A stretch of 64,000 nt of DNA from a virus, in IMG/VR virus record IMGVR_UViG_3300039355_000071. One strand, given 5' to 3'. A model generated the notes under the pieces. The model was not told where the DNA came from. It did no database searches and was given only the letters and a program-made list of their open reading frames with translations. Of the stretch, positions 38,057 to 48,021 are shown piece by piece (the first letter of the stretch is position 1; every line of letters starts with the position of its first letter). The position numbers were made by a program, and so were the translations under genes.

Positions 38057-38281
38057 GTGTTAGATTACAGTAATGCAGATTTCCCTAAAGAAACTTATTA
38101 CATAAGACATCCAAATCGCATATATTTTCCTACAGATTTTTATGATGGTGAAAAAATATTCTATTATGGAAAACATACTAAACCAAGTAGTAATGCGAGA
38201 GGATATAGATGGTATCGAAATGTGCATGGTTTAATGAAACTTGTTCATTGGACTGATATTAAACATAGTAAATTATTTTAA
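38057..38281 (+). CDS. small hypothetical protein
   Basis: GTG start after GCGAGGTAAAAGA. Confidence 0.35.
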   Translation: MLDYSNADFPKETYYIRHPNRIYFPTDFYDGEKIFYYGKHTKPSSNARGYRWYRNVHGLMKLVHWTDIKHSKLF

Positions 38282-38365
38282 AGATAGTTAATATAAATAG
38301 AGAATAATCTAATATAGAAGTAATTCTATTCACGGCTGATCAGCCAAATTAAGCGAGGTGATAAA

Positions 38366-38665
38366 GTGAAGAAGTATTGGGAAACAGGTAAAAAGAATGA
38401 TTTTGGTAAGGAATGTTATAAATTACATTTTAGTCAATTTTATGAAGAAGATGATGAAAATGTAGTAGCTGGTTTTGTACAAGATGAGGCAGACGAAAAC
38501 ATATTTATATATGTATCAAAAGAACTAAATGTTGAATATGATACATTGTTTGCAGACAGTATAGAAGATGCAAAGCATCAAATCGAAGACATGTTAATAG
38601 ACCATTGGAATGATGAGATTGATTATTTAGAAAATCGAATTAAATCATTTCAAGACGAAGAATAA
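38366..38665 (+). CDS. hypothetical acidic protein
   Basis: GTG start after GCGAGGTGATAAA. Perfect palindrome GGCTGATCAGCC upstream. Confidence 0.4.
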   Translation: MKKYWETGKKNDFGKECYKLHFSQFYEEDDENVVAGFVQDEADENIFIYVSKELNVEYDTLFADSIEDAKHQIEDMLIDHWNDEIDYLENRIKSFQDEE

Positions 38666-38858
38666 TCATATATAGAAATTTCTATCTTGGCGATTCAGCC
38701 AAAATTTCCAAATAAAAGTAACAAGAAATATTTTTTTCCTATGGTTTTAGCAGACGTGTTAATTCCATAGAATTTTACAACAAAATAAGTAAGAAGAAAG
38801 GATTTAACAGTAACTCCTAGGTAAAAATGATTGCGCAATCTCTGTAGATTAAAAGATT

Positions 38859-40364
38859 TTGACAGAGAATAAAGAAAAAAATAATTATTGTGAGTTAAGT
38901 GTAATTGAGCTTTGTAGTGGTATTGGTGCGCAGATGAAGGGAATTGATAATACTCATCTATTTAATGCAAATATGATTGCAACAGCAGATTTAGACAAAG
39001 AAGTAGTAGTTAGTTATGCTGCAATGCATTGTGGTTTGACTAATGAGATGATTGAAAACTATGAAGATTATCCAAGCAAAGAAGAAATGGTAAGACAGCT
39101 TACAGATAAGAGACTTGGATATGATTTTAAAAAAGATGTTCCGTATGATTGGGAAAAACTTTCACGAAAGAAGAACAAGACAAAAGGTATTGAGAAATAT
39201 TGGTTAGCAGACCATATTTCACATAATCTTGGCGATATGATGCAGATTGAGTCACTGCCATATAGTGATTTACTTACATACTCGACTCCATGCACAGATT
39301 TGTCAATCGCCGGTAAACAGGAAGGATTAAAGTGGACATGTCATGATTGTGGTTGTGAATATGATCCATCAGAATTAGATGTAGATACTCGTTATACTTG
39401 CCCTAATTGTGGCAGTCACAACATTAAATCAACTCGTTCAGGTTTATTGTATGAAGTTGAGAGACTTCTTGTAAAAGCAAAAGAGAATAACACATTGCCA
39501 AAGTATTTGCTTATGGAGAATGTAGATGCTCTTGTATCAAAGAAGTATATTGACAGTTTTAAGGATTGGCTGATTCGGCTTGATAACTTGGGATATAACT
39601 CATATTATCAGACAATCAATGCAAAGAACACAGGTGTTCCACAGAATCGTAATAGAATCTTCTGTATCTCTATTCGTAAGGATATTGATACCAAGTCTTT
39701 TGAATTTCCACAGCCTTTTGACACAGGAATCAGATTAAAGGATTTATTAGAAACAGATAGCAGTGTTTTGGCGAAATATTTCTTATCTGATGAAGTACAG
39801 AAAAGACTTCAGATAACAGATCCAAAATTTAAAAAAAATATTGTTGGCACTACAAAACCTGAATTCAGAACTATCGGTCAGAGAGATTTAGTTTATCAGC
39901 AGGATTCAGTAATGGGTACTTTAGTGGCAACTGATTATAAACAGCCAAAACAGATTCTTGCAGATTCAAATAATATAAAAAGACTTTTTAATATTTATGG
40001 TGAAAATAAAGGAACTGGATTCGCAGGAAATGTTTGGGACAAAGATTATATTTCTCCAACAATAACAACATGCCAGGGAGGAAATCGGCAACCAATGGTC
40101 GAAGAAGATAGAGACAATTTAAGAGTTGTGAGAAAGCTCACACCAAAAGAGTGCCACAGGCTCATGGGATTCGATGATATTGATTATGAGAACTGTAAAG
40201 CAGTTGGAATGTCTGATACCCAGGGATATAAACAAAGCGGTAACAGTATAGTGACAACTTGCATCTCTTTGTTGATTGAGCATTTATATAAGGCTCAGTA
40301 TGACAATACATATATTTGTACAGATGAGAAGATGGCAAATTTTCATCAGCCACAAGTGGATTAA
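38859..40364 (+). CDS. DNA (cytosine-5)-methyltransferase with an inserted zinc ribbon
   Basis: Motif I ELCSGIGAQ, IV PCTDLSIAGK, VI ENVDALV, VIII QNRNRIFCISIRKD, X GNSIV. CHDCGCEY..CPNCGSH lies between motifs IV and VI. TTG start as annotated; the true start is uncertain. Confidence 0.75.
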   Translation: MTENKEKNNYCELSVIELCSGIGAQMKGIDNTHLFNANMIATADLDKEVVVSYAAMHCGLTNEMIENYEDYPSKEEMVRQLTDKRLGYDFKKDVPYDWEKLSRKKNKTKGIEKYWLADHISHNLGDMMQIESLPYSDLLTYSTPCTDLSIAGKQEGLKWTCHDCGCEYDPSELDVDTRYTCPNCGSHNIKSTRSGLLYEVERLLVKAKENNTLPKYLLMENVDALVSKKYIDSFKDWLIRLDNLGYNSYYQTINAKNTGVPQNRNRIFCISIRKDIDTKSFEFPQPFDTGIRLKDLLETDSSVLAKYFLSDEVQKRLQITDPKFKKNIVGTTKPEFRTIGQRDLVYQQDSVMGTLVATDYKQPKQILADSNNIKRLFNIYGENKGTGFAGNVWDKDYISPTITTCQGGNRQPMVEEDRDNLRVVRKLTPKECHRLMGFDDIDYENCKAVGMSDTQGYKQSGNSIVTTCISLLIEHLYKAQYDNTYICTDEKMANFHQPQVD

Positions 40365-40681
40365 GTTCTGCTTGTGGTGATAAGCCACAGTTAGTTGGAG
40401 GTATTGGTGAGATAAATTTTGGAAAGCAATTTCGCCAGGGTAATAGGGTATATGATTCAGACCATGTAGCAATGTGTTTATTAGCACAGCCTGTAGGTAA
40501 TGCTGGTGGATTTAGTTATTTATATGTGGTTAGAAAATAAAATGGAGAATAATACAATAAGTAGTTGAAAACAAAATAGCATATACAATATATAGTATTA
40601 AATAATTACAACAAATACTATATATTGTATAAAAATCAAGACCGAAAGAAAGCGGATTTTCTTACGATGAAAGGAGATAAT

Positions 40682-41404
40682 ATGTATCCAGAATACGATG
40701 ATTTTTATGAGCCAAGTGAAGTCGAAATGTTTTTTGATGAAATGAAAGAAAAGTTCAGAGAGATTTTACGTGAAGATGTAAACTCTGAAATCAGCAGATT
40801 AACAAAAGAAAATATAGAATTAAGGCAAAAGGTTAAAGAGTACAATGATAAAAATTTAGATTTTTCTTGTAGAGAAAGAGATTTGCAGTACAAGATAGAT
40901 AATTACAAACGAGAGGTAGAAAAAGACTTTTACAATAAAACAATGGAAGAAGTTTTTGAGAAACTTTTAGAAGACTCAGAAGTGTGGTACGCAGAACGTG
41001 TTCCTCATGAGAAACCAAAATGTAATTTATGCAACGAAGAAAGAAAACTTGTTGCAGTATATCCAAATGGTGAAACTGTAACCAAGGAGTGTGAATGTTC
41101 TCGACCAATATATATCTATGAGCCAGTTATTTCATTGAATAAGGAGATTAAATTTCATAAAGCATATAAACCAAAGTGCGGCGATAAAAAGAAAGTCTAT
41201 TTTACTAAAAATCACGAGCCAAACAAGGATTATGCAGATGCGTATGATTATTACAGTGAATTCAGAATAGAAAATATTTTTGATGATTTTAATGATGATG
41301 TAATTGCATATCACAATGGTAAAAGATATGGAGAGAAAATCGCATTCAGAAGTAAAGAGGCTTGTCAGAAATATTGTGATTGGCTTAATAAGGAGAATAA
41401 GTAG
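40682..41404 (+). CDS. hypothetical protein (240 aa)
   Basis: RBS GAAAGGAGATAAT. Preceded by the inverted ATACAATATATAGTAT motifs. Confidence 0.5.
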   Translation: MYPEYDDFYEPSEVEMFFDEMKEKFREILREDVNSEISRLTKENIELRQKVKEYNDKNLDFSCRERDLQYKIDNYKREVEKDFYNKTMEEVFEKLLEDSEVWYAERVPHEKPKCNLCNEERKLVAVYPNGETVTKECECSRPIYIYEPVISLNKEIKFHKAYKPKCGDKKKVYFTKNHEPNKDYADAYDYYSEFRIENIFDDFNDDVIAYHNGKRYGEKIAFRSKEACQKYCDWLNKENK

Positions 41405-41602
41405 ATGGTAGACATTCAGTGTAAAGACGGAAAATATATTATTGAGGCAAGGATTCATAGTGAAGTTGATACAAATGATATTGCAAAAGTGCAGGAAAGA
41501 TTTACTTCTGATTGTGCTTATGAGTTTGCAGAAGCTATGAGAGAAGCAGTAAACGTTAGCCATTTGGTAATGAAAGAACAAAGAAAAGAGGTAACAAAAT
41601 GA
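41405..41602 (+). CDS. small hypothetical protein (65 aa)
   Basis: RBS AAGGAGAATAAG. Confidence 0.45.
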   Translation: MVDIQCKDGKYIIEARIHSEVDTNDIAKVQERFTSDCAYEFAEAMREAVNVSHLVMKEQRKEVTK

Positions 41603-42111
41603 GCAAAACATTAATCGTAGTAGATATGCAGAATGATTTTATTGATGGCTCACTCGGTACAAAGGAAGCACAGACAATTGTATCGAATGTAGCAAAGAAA
41701 ATTAAGGAGTACAAGGATGCTGGTAAACAGGTAATCTTTACAAGAGACACACACCCTGAGAATTATTTGGAAACATATGAGGGTAAGCATCTTCCTGTTA
41801 CTCACTGTGTAAAGAATACTGTTGGTTGGCAGATTTCAGATAGGTTAGATTTTGATATTGAGAACGATATTCTGATTGATAAGCCTACTTTTGGTTGGTT
41901 AAACTGGAAGGATTTTGGATTTGAAAGTGTTGAGGTTTGCGGATTATGCACCGACATCTGTGTGGTTTCAAATGCACTTATTATTAGAGCAAATTATCCT
42001 GAGATTGATATTACAGTAGATGCAAGCTGTTGTGCAGGTGTCACACCTGATACTCACAATGCTGCATTAGCAACTATGAAGATGTGTCAGATCGAAGTGA
42101 TTGGAGAGTAG
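41599..42111 (+). CDS. isochorismatase-family cysteine hydrolase (nicotinamidase PncA-like)
   Basis: LIVVDMQNDF and CGLCTDICV (catalytic Asp and Cys context). 170 aa. Confidence 0.6.
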   Translation: MSKTLIVVDMQNDFIDGSLGTKEAQTIVSNVAKKIKEYKDAGKQVIFTRDTHPENYLETYEGKHLPVTHCVKNTVGWQISDRLDFDIENDILIDKPTFGWLNWKDFGFESVEVCGLCTDICVVSNALIIRANYPEIDITVDASCCAGVTPDTHNAALATMKMCQIEVIGE

Positions 42112-42114
42112 AAT

Positions 42115-42951
42115 ATGATTAAAATTAATGGCGAAATTGTAACAATCAACAAGTTTCCAGATGGAACACCAAGAGTAAATATTGATATAAACAACATTGA
42201 GGAAGACTCTTATGATGGCTCTCCTTGTATTTGGATTGAATGGATTTATGAGAGTAACGATGAGATATTTTATCTGATGTTAGTAAAGAAACATCTTGAA
42301 AGATTTTTTACTAATGTGGATTATTATTTGTCTCTTCCATATATTCCTAATGCACGAATGGATAGAGTAAAAAATGATGATGAAGTATTCACATTGAAGT
42401 ATTTTTGCGATTTTATCAATTGGTTAGGATTTTCATCAGTTTATGTTTTAGATGCTCATAGCGATGTTTCTACTGCATTACTCAATAATTGTGTAAAAGA
42501 AAATCCAAAAGAGTATGTTGATAAAGCTATTTCAAAGATTGGTATGAGAAATCTTGTACTTTATTTCCCAGATGCAGGTGCAGCTAAGAGATATTCAGAT
42601 TTATTTCCTGAGTTACCATATTGTTATGGTGAAAAGAAGAGAGATTGGAAGACTGGTAAAATCCTTGGATTAGACATTAGAACAAATGGTATTGATTTGA
42701 AAGATAAAGCTGTGTTAATGATTGATGATATTATCGCATATGGCGGTTCACTTTATTATAGTGCAGAAGAATTGAAGAAACATGGTGTAACTGAGATTTA
42801 TGCATATGCCACTCATACAGAGAATTCAATTCTTAATAAAGAAAAAGGAACATTAATCAAATCTTTGGAGAATAATACTGTGAACAGATTATTTACCACA
42901 AACAGTTTATTTAATGGTAGTCATGAAAAAATTACGGTTATGGAGGTTTAA
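42115..42951 (+). CDS. ribose-phosphate pyrophosphokinase (Prs)-like enzyme; candidate ADPR-pyrophosphate synthetase (Adps) of a NARP1 module
   Basis: KFPDGT (N-terminus), VLDAHSDV, FPDAGAAKRY, VLMIDDIIAYGGSL (PRPP-binding-like loop). Confidence 0.65.
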   Translation: MIKINGEIVTINKFPDGTPRVNIDINNIEEDSYDGSPCIWIEWIYESNDEIFYLMLVKKHLERFFTNVDYYLSLPYIPNARMDRVKNDDEVFTLKYFCDFINWLGFSSVYVLDAHSDVSTALLNNCVKENPKEYVDKAISKIGMRNLVLYFPDAGAAKRYSDLFPELPYCYGEKKRDWKTGKILGLDIRTNGIDLKDKAVLMIDDIIAYGGSLYYSAEELKKHGVTEIYAYATHTENSILNKEKGTLIKSLENNTVNRLFTTNSLFNGSHEKITVMEV

Positions 42952-42955
42952 AATT

Positions 42956-44416
42956 ATGGATAACACAATGGCTTTATTATTATCAGATACTTATAAACAG
43001 TGTCATGATCGCATGTACCCAAATGGTTTGACTAAATTGGTGTCGTATTGGGTGCCTCGAAAATCAATGTTAGAGAATCAGAATGAAATGGTTTTCTTTG
43101 GATTGCAGGCATTTATCAAAGAATATTTAATGGGAGATTTTCAGAAAAATTTCTTCGATTTATCGGAAGATGAGATGTTAACTCTTTATACAGATTCGAT
43201 GGATGTACAGATTGGTAGAGACAACTATGATTTAGATAAAATTGTAGAGCTTCACAGATTAGGATATTTACCACTTGAGATTAGAGCATTGCCAGAAGGT
43301 ACACTTGTTCCTATGGGTGTTCCTTGTATTGAGATTACAAATACGGATGATAAATTTGCTTGGCTTGTTCAGTGGATTGAATGTATTCTTCAGGTAGAAT
43401 TATGGAAACCTTGTTGTCATGCAACTATCGGTCATATGTATCGTGAAATTGCAGATTATTGGTATAACAAGACAACAGACGGATTGCCTGGAAATATGGC
43501 TTGTGCGGATTTTGGCATGAGAGGAATGTCTTGTATGGATGAAGCTACAAGATGTTCAGCATCATGGTTGCTTTCATTTAATAAGACATCTACAATTCCA
43601 GCAATTAATTATATTGATAGATATTACAATGCCGATTGTAAGAATAATGGTATTGGAATCGGTGCTGTCTCAACTGAGCATTCTGTAATGGGTGCTAATT
43701 TCTCAATTGATGGAGATGAGATTACGTTTGTTAAAAGACTTTTAACAGAGTTATATCCAAATACATCATTTAGTATGGTTTCAGATACTTATGATTATTG
43801 GAATATGGTAAATAATATTCTTCCACAGTGTAAAGAAGAGATTATGAATCATAATGGAAAGCTCTTGGTTCGTCCTGATAGTGGTGATATTGTAGAGATT
43901 TCAGTTAAAACAGTTGAAAGGTTGTGGGAGATTTTTGGTGGTTCTGTAAATGGTAAAGGTTATAAGGTATTAAATCCGCATATCGGTATTATTTATGGTG
44001 ATGGCTGCACACTTTCTAATGTAGAAACTATTTGGAAAGAATTAGAAAAGCGTGGTTTCGCAGCTAATAATATTGCTTATGGTGTAGGAGCTTTTTGCTT
44101 CACTGCAATCGTTGAAAACGGCAAGATGATTGTTGTTACAAGAGATACTTTTGGTATTGCAATGAAAGCTACATATGGAGTAATTGATGGCAAGAAGTTA
44201 ATGATTTTCAAAGATCCTAAGACAGATACAAGTCACTTAAAGAAATCTCATAAAGGATGTTGTAGAGTATACGATGATAACGGTGAATTAAAGTGTCAAG
44301 ATCAGTTACTTGAAATGAGTGATAACAGTTTACTTACTACCGTATTTAAAGATGGAGAATTAGTAAGAGAAGATACATTTGCGGATATTAGAAACAGAAT
44401 GTACGGAGGTAAGTAA
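42956..44416 (+). CDS. NAMPT-family type II phosphoribosyltransferase; candidate nicotinamide-ADPR transferase (Namat)
   Basis: N-terminal LLLSDTYKQCH (the D-[ST]-Y-K motif of NAMPT/PncB). About 487 aa from the RBS-supported ATG 42956. Confidence 0.65.
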   Translation: MDNTMALLLSDTYKQCHDRMYPNGLTKLVSYWVPRKSMLENQNEMVFFGLQAFIKEYLMGDFQKNFFDLSEDEMLTLYTDSMDVQIGRDNYDLDKIVELHRLGYLPLEIRALPEGTLVPMGVPCIEITNTDDKFAWLVQWIECILQVELWKPCCHATIGHMYREIADYWYNKTTDGLPGNMACADFGMRGMSCMDEATRCSASWLLSFNKTSTIPAINYIDRYYNADCKNNGIGIGAVSTEHSVMGANFSIDGDEITFVKRLLTELYPNTSFSMVSDTYDYWNMVNNILPQCKEEIMNHNGKLLVRPDSGDIVEISVKTVERLWEIFGGSVNGKGYKVLNPHIGIIYGDGCTLSNVETIWKELEKRGFAANNIAYGVGAFCFTAIVENGKMIVVTRDTFGIAMKATYGVIDGKKLMIFKDPKTDTSHLKKSHKGCCRVYDDNGELKCQDQLLEMSDNSLLTTVFKDGELVREDTFADIRNRMYGGK

Positions 44417-44877
44417 TGATTAAAATTATTGATGGAGACTTACTCACTTCGAACACTGATATTATTGCACACCAGGTTAATTGCAAAGGTGCTTTTAATT
44501 CTGGTGTTGCAAAAGCGATCCGTGATTATGATGTGCAAGTATATAAAGATTATCATAGTTTTTGTTCGATTAATACACCTGAACAATTATTGGGTTCTGT
44601 TAGATATTTTCAGTCTAATATTGACGCAAGAATATATGCAAATTTATTTGCACAAAAATCATATGGCTATGACGGAAAACAGTATACAGATATTGACGCT
44701 TTAAGAAAATGTTTTGAAAATTTGAGATCATATGCAGTTTTGGAAAATATGAGTATTGCAATGCCATATAAAATTGGATGTGTTCGTGGCGGTGCAAATT
44801 GGGAAGAAGTGTATCAAATGATAAATGATATATTTGAAAATTGTAATATTGAATTATGGAGGTTAGATAAAGGATGA
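44416..44877 (+). CDS. macro-domain (ADP-ribose-binding/processing) protein
   Basis: IIDGDLLTSNTDIIAHQVNCKGAFNSGVAKAI. Confidence 0.65.
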   Translation: MIKIIDGDLLTSNTDIIAHQVNCKGAFNSGVAKAIRDYDVQVYKDYHSFCSINTPEQLLGSVRYFQSNIDARIYANLFAQKSYGYDGKQYTDIDALRKCFENLRSYAVLENMSIAMPYKIGCVRGGANWEEVYQMINDIFENCNIELWRLDKG

Positions 44878-45632
44878 GTAATTTTGATGCTAAGAAAGTA
44901 AAGAATGAGATCGTAGAGTGGATTAGAGATTGGTTTGAACAGAATGGTAAAGATTGTATGGCAGTAGTTGGAATTTCTGGCGGTAAGGATTCAAGCGTTG
45001 TTGCTGGCTTATGTTGTGAAGCTCTTGGAAAAGATAGAGTTTTTGGTGTAATGATGCCACAGGGAGAACAGCCAGATATTGATTATTCTCGAATGCTTAT
45101 AGACCATCTTGGAATCGACAGTTGTGTTGTAAATATAGGCAATACAGTTCGCACTTTAAAGCATGAGATTAAACCACAGTTGGGAGATCATTGGTCAAAG
45201 CAGACTTCTACAAATCTCCCTGCTCGTATTCGTATGACTACGCTTTATGCAGTATCGCAGACAGTAAATGGTCGTGTCGCTAATACGTGTAATCTTTCAG
45301 AAACATTACTATCTTGGGAAACCAGATGGGGTGATGCAGTTGGAGATTTTGCACCAATTAGCGACTTAACAGTAAAAGAAGTGAAAGCTATTGGATATGA
45401 ACTTGGATTGCCAAATGAATTAATCGAAAAAATTCCGTCTGATGGACTGTGTGGAAGTACAGATGAAGATGCATTGGGATTTAAATACTCTGTTATGGAT
45501 AGATATATTAGAACAGGCGAGATTGACGACAAAGATATTAAAAAGAAAATTGATAATCGAGTAGAAAAATATCGGTTTAAGAGAATGCCTATTCCTTATT
45601 ATAAAACAGGTATGGAAAGATATGTAGACTAA
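44874..45632 (+). CDS. nadE: NH3-dependent NAD+ synthetase
   Basis: VVGISGGKDSSVVAGL (PP-loop SGGxDS). 252 aa. Confidence 0.7.
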   Translation: MSNFDAKKVKNEIVEWIRDWFEQNGKDCMAVVGISGGKDSSVVAGLCCEALGKDRVFGVMMPQGEQPDIDYSRMLIDHLGIDSCVVNIGNTVRTLKHEIKPQLGDHWSKQTSTNLPARIRMTTLYAVSQTVNGRVANTCNLSETLLSWETRWGDAVGDFAPISDLTVKEVKAIGYELGLPNELIEKIPSDGLCGSTDEDALGFKYSVMDRYIRTGEIDDKDIKKKIDNRVEKYRFKRMPIPYYKTGMERYVD

Positions 45633-45633
45633 A

Positions 45634-46833
45634 ATGGCAGAAGACTTAACTAATTTACAATTTGGAAAATTAACAGTCATCAAACGTGGAGACAACGATA
45701 AAAGCGGACATGTGAGATGGTGGTGTAAATGTGACTGTGGCAACCCTAAATTGATTTTAGTTGCCGCAGGACATTTAAAATCAGGACATACTCAATCATG
45801 TGGATGTATAAGAAGAGATAATATTAAACCACAAAAGAATTTAGAAGGAAAAAGATTTGGGAAATTAATTGTAAAAGAATTTCTTGGTATAAAAAATCAT
45901 AGATCATTATGGAGTTGTGATTGTGATTGTGGTAAGAAAATTAACGCTTTATCATCGTCTTTAACTTCTGGAAAACTTAAGTCATGTGGATGTTTATCTT
46001 CTGTAGCTGAGTTCGAATTAAGCCAGTTCTTGACAGATGAACAAATTATATTTGATACGCAATATAAGTTTGATGATTGTAAATATAAAAGAAGATTGCC
46101 ATTCGATTTTGCAATTTTTCATCCACAAAATAAGAAACTCTTATTTTTAATTGAACTACATGGAGAACAGCATTATTTTCCGTTTACATTTAATAGTGAG
46201 TCTGATATGCAAAAGAAGGAAAATTTTTTGCATAGAAAACATTTGGATAAATTAAAAGAAGATTATTGTAGTGAAAATAATATTCCATTGTTAATTATTA
46301 GATATACAAATTTTCAAACAAAAGAAAAAATTGTAAAAGGGTTTTATGAAAAGCTCTTGCAAAAGAATATTACATTTGATGATTATATATTTTCATCAAA
46401 ACAAATAAAGGATGATTTACAAGTAAAGCATAAACGTGTCTATAAAAGAAAAGTAGTCCAAATAGATATACCCAACAAGAATATTATAAGAGAATATAAT
46501 AGTATGGAAGAGGCATATAAGATAACTGGAATATCATCTGGACAGATTTCGGATTGTTGTAAGGGTAATTGTAAAACAGCAGGTGGATATGCCTGGGCAT
46601 ATAATAACGGAAACGTTAATATTGAAGAAGTAATTAAACGTGCAACAATTCCAAATAGAACAAATGCAGTTGTGATTTTCCAAAAAGATAAAAATGGAAA
46701 TATTATAAAAGAGTGGCAAAGTATAACAGAAGCAGCACATTCTTTGGGAGTAAGTCATCAAGGTATTCAAGCGTGTTGTTCAGGAAAGCAGAAAACTTGT
46801 AAAGGATTTGTTTGGAATTATAAGAAAGATTGA
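45634..46833 (+). mobile_element. homing-endonuclease-like gene: zinc-ribbon repeats, DUF559/Vsr-like PD-(D/E)xK nuclease core, C-terminal NUMOD-like DNA-binding repeats
   Basis: FGKLxV..W.C.CDCG..SCGC repeated twice. LPFDFAIFHPQNKKLLFLIELHGEQHY. Duplicated EY.S..EA...TGIS...I..CC.GK.KT..G..W.Y modules. Confidence 0.45.
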
Positions 46834-46914
46834 TTCAATGCATGAGAAAAATCTGTTTAAATTACAGCCGATGCCAAGTTTTGTGTATCAGGCGTAAATG
46901 AGATACTATATATA

Positions 46915-47328
46915 GTGCTTATAGAAAATATGGACACTATATATAGTAATATTTTTACCAAGAAACATAGATTTCATTTGAGACGAAAAGAGGTGAAGTT
47001 TTTGAAAATCGTACAGAATAAATCGCATTGCGATTTTAGAATAAAAATCGGAAATAACTATGTAACTGTTGCAACGCTTCATCCGTGGTTATTTAGTAAA
47101 CATAATCATAAATACAATCTGTATTTTTATTACTATGGAGCTGAATATGAGGAAGGAACGTATGCTTGCTGTCATAGAAATGGAAATGAAAAGATGGTGG
47201 TGTATGAGCAGGAAGATGAACTTCATAAAGAATTCCTTGAAAGAGTAAGAAGAATAATTTCAAAGAAGTTGTATGTAATAGGAAGTTCGATCCTGGAAGA
47301 AATAAAATACATTGAAGATGAAGATTAG
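46915..47328 (+). CDS. hypothetical protein (137 aa)
   Basis: Start uncertain (GTG 46915 or ATG 46930). Flanked by two ACTATATATAGT palindromes. Confidence 0.4.
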   Translation: MLIENMDTIYSNIFTKKHRFHLRRKEVKFLKIVQNKSHCDFRIKIGNNYVTVATLHPWLFSKHNHKYNLYFYYYGAEYEEGTYACCHRNGNEKMVVYEQEDELHKEFLERVRRIISKKLYVIGSSILEEIKYIEDED

Positions 47329-47337
47329 GAGGCAATA

Positions 47338-47598
47338 ATGGCAGGATTCGTATCAAAACAGCCAAACGGATTATATTGTAGATTTTCAACCGTCACAGAT
47401 TGCCCTACGGCATGGAACATGACCAGAGAAGATTATATCAATATGAAAATGCAGGAAGCAAAAGAAGATGCTGAAGATGTGTTGGATAATTATTTGAAGC
47501 CATTTGATATGGTGGTGGATATGTATTATCCAAACAATATGACAAAAGAGGAATTTGATAAATTTCTTGAAGAGACTGGATATAGAAAAGGAGAATAA
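47338..47598 (+). CDS. hypothetical protein (86 aa)
   Basis: RBS TAGGAGGCAATA. Confidence 0.5.
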   Translation: MAGFVSKQPNGLYCRFSTVTDCPTAWNMTREDYINMKMQEAKEDAEDVLDNYLKPFDMVVDMYYPNNMTKEEFDKFLEETGYRKGE

Positions 47599-47603
47599 AC
47601 AAC

Positions 47604-47876
47604 ATGAAGAAGAAAATTTTAGCAGTTGTATTAGGATTAACATTATGTTTTGGAATGACTGGATGCCAGTCTGTTACAAAAGATTTTGGTGGATCAACAA
47701 CAATTGAGCTTGAACCAAACCAGAAACTTGAAGAGATTACATGGAAAGATGATTCATTATGGTATCTTACAAGACCTATGACAGATGACGACATTGCGGA
47801 GACACATACATTTCAACAGTCATCAAATTTTGGAGTGTTTGAGGGTACTGTAACTATTATTGAGAAGAAGGAATAA
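47604..47876 (+). CDS. lipoprotein (90 aa)
   Basis: MKKKILAVVLGLTLCFGMTGC is a signal peptide plus lipobox. Confidence 0.55.
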   Translation: MKKKILAVVLGLTLCFGMTGCQSVTKDFGGSTTIELEPNQKLEEITWKDDSLWYLTRPMTDDDIAETHTFQQSSNFGVFEGTVTIIEKKE

Positions 47877-48021
47877 TATGATAGACAACGAATTACGTCA
47901 GCAATATAGACAAGCTGTTGATGATTTGAAAATAGCATTTAAGAAGACTTGTTTGTATATATTTTGCGAAGAAGTTGTGAAGAGATTAAGTAAGATTTTG
48001 AGATAGTAAGGAGTAAATTAT

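Noticed and set aside
42914-42955. Longer N-terminus for the NAMPT-like gene starting at ATG 42914
   Set aside because: That start lies inside the upstream gene and lacks an RBS. ATG 42956 follows GGAGGTTTAAAATT and begins the conserved MDNTMALLLSDTYK N-terminus.
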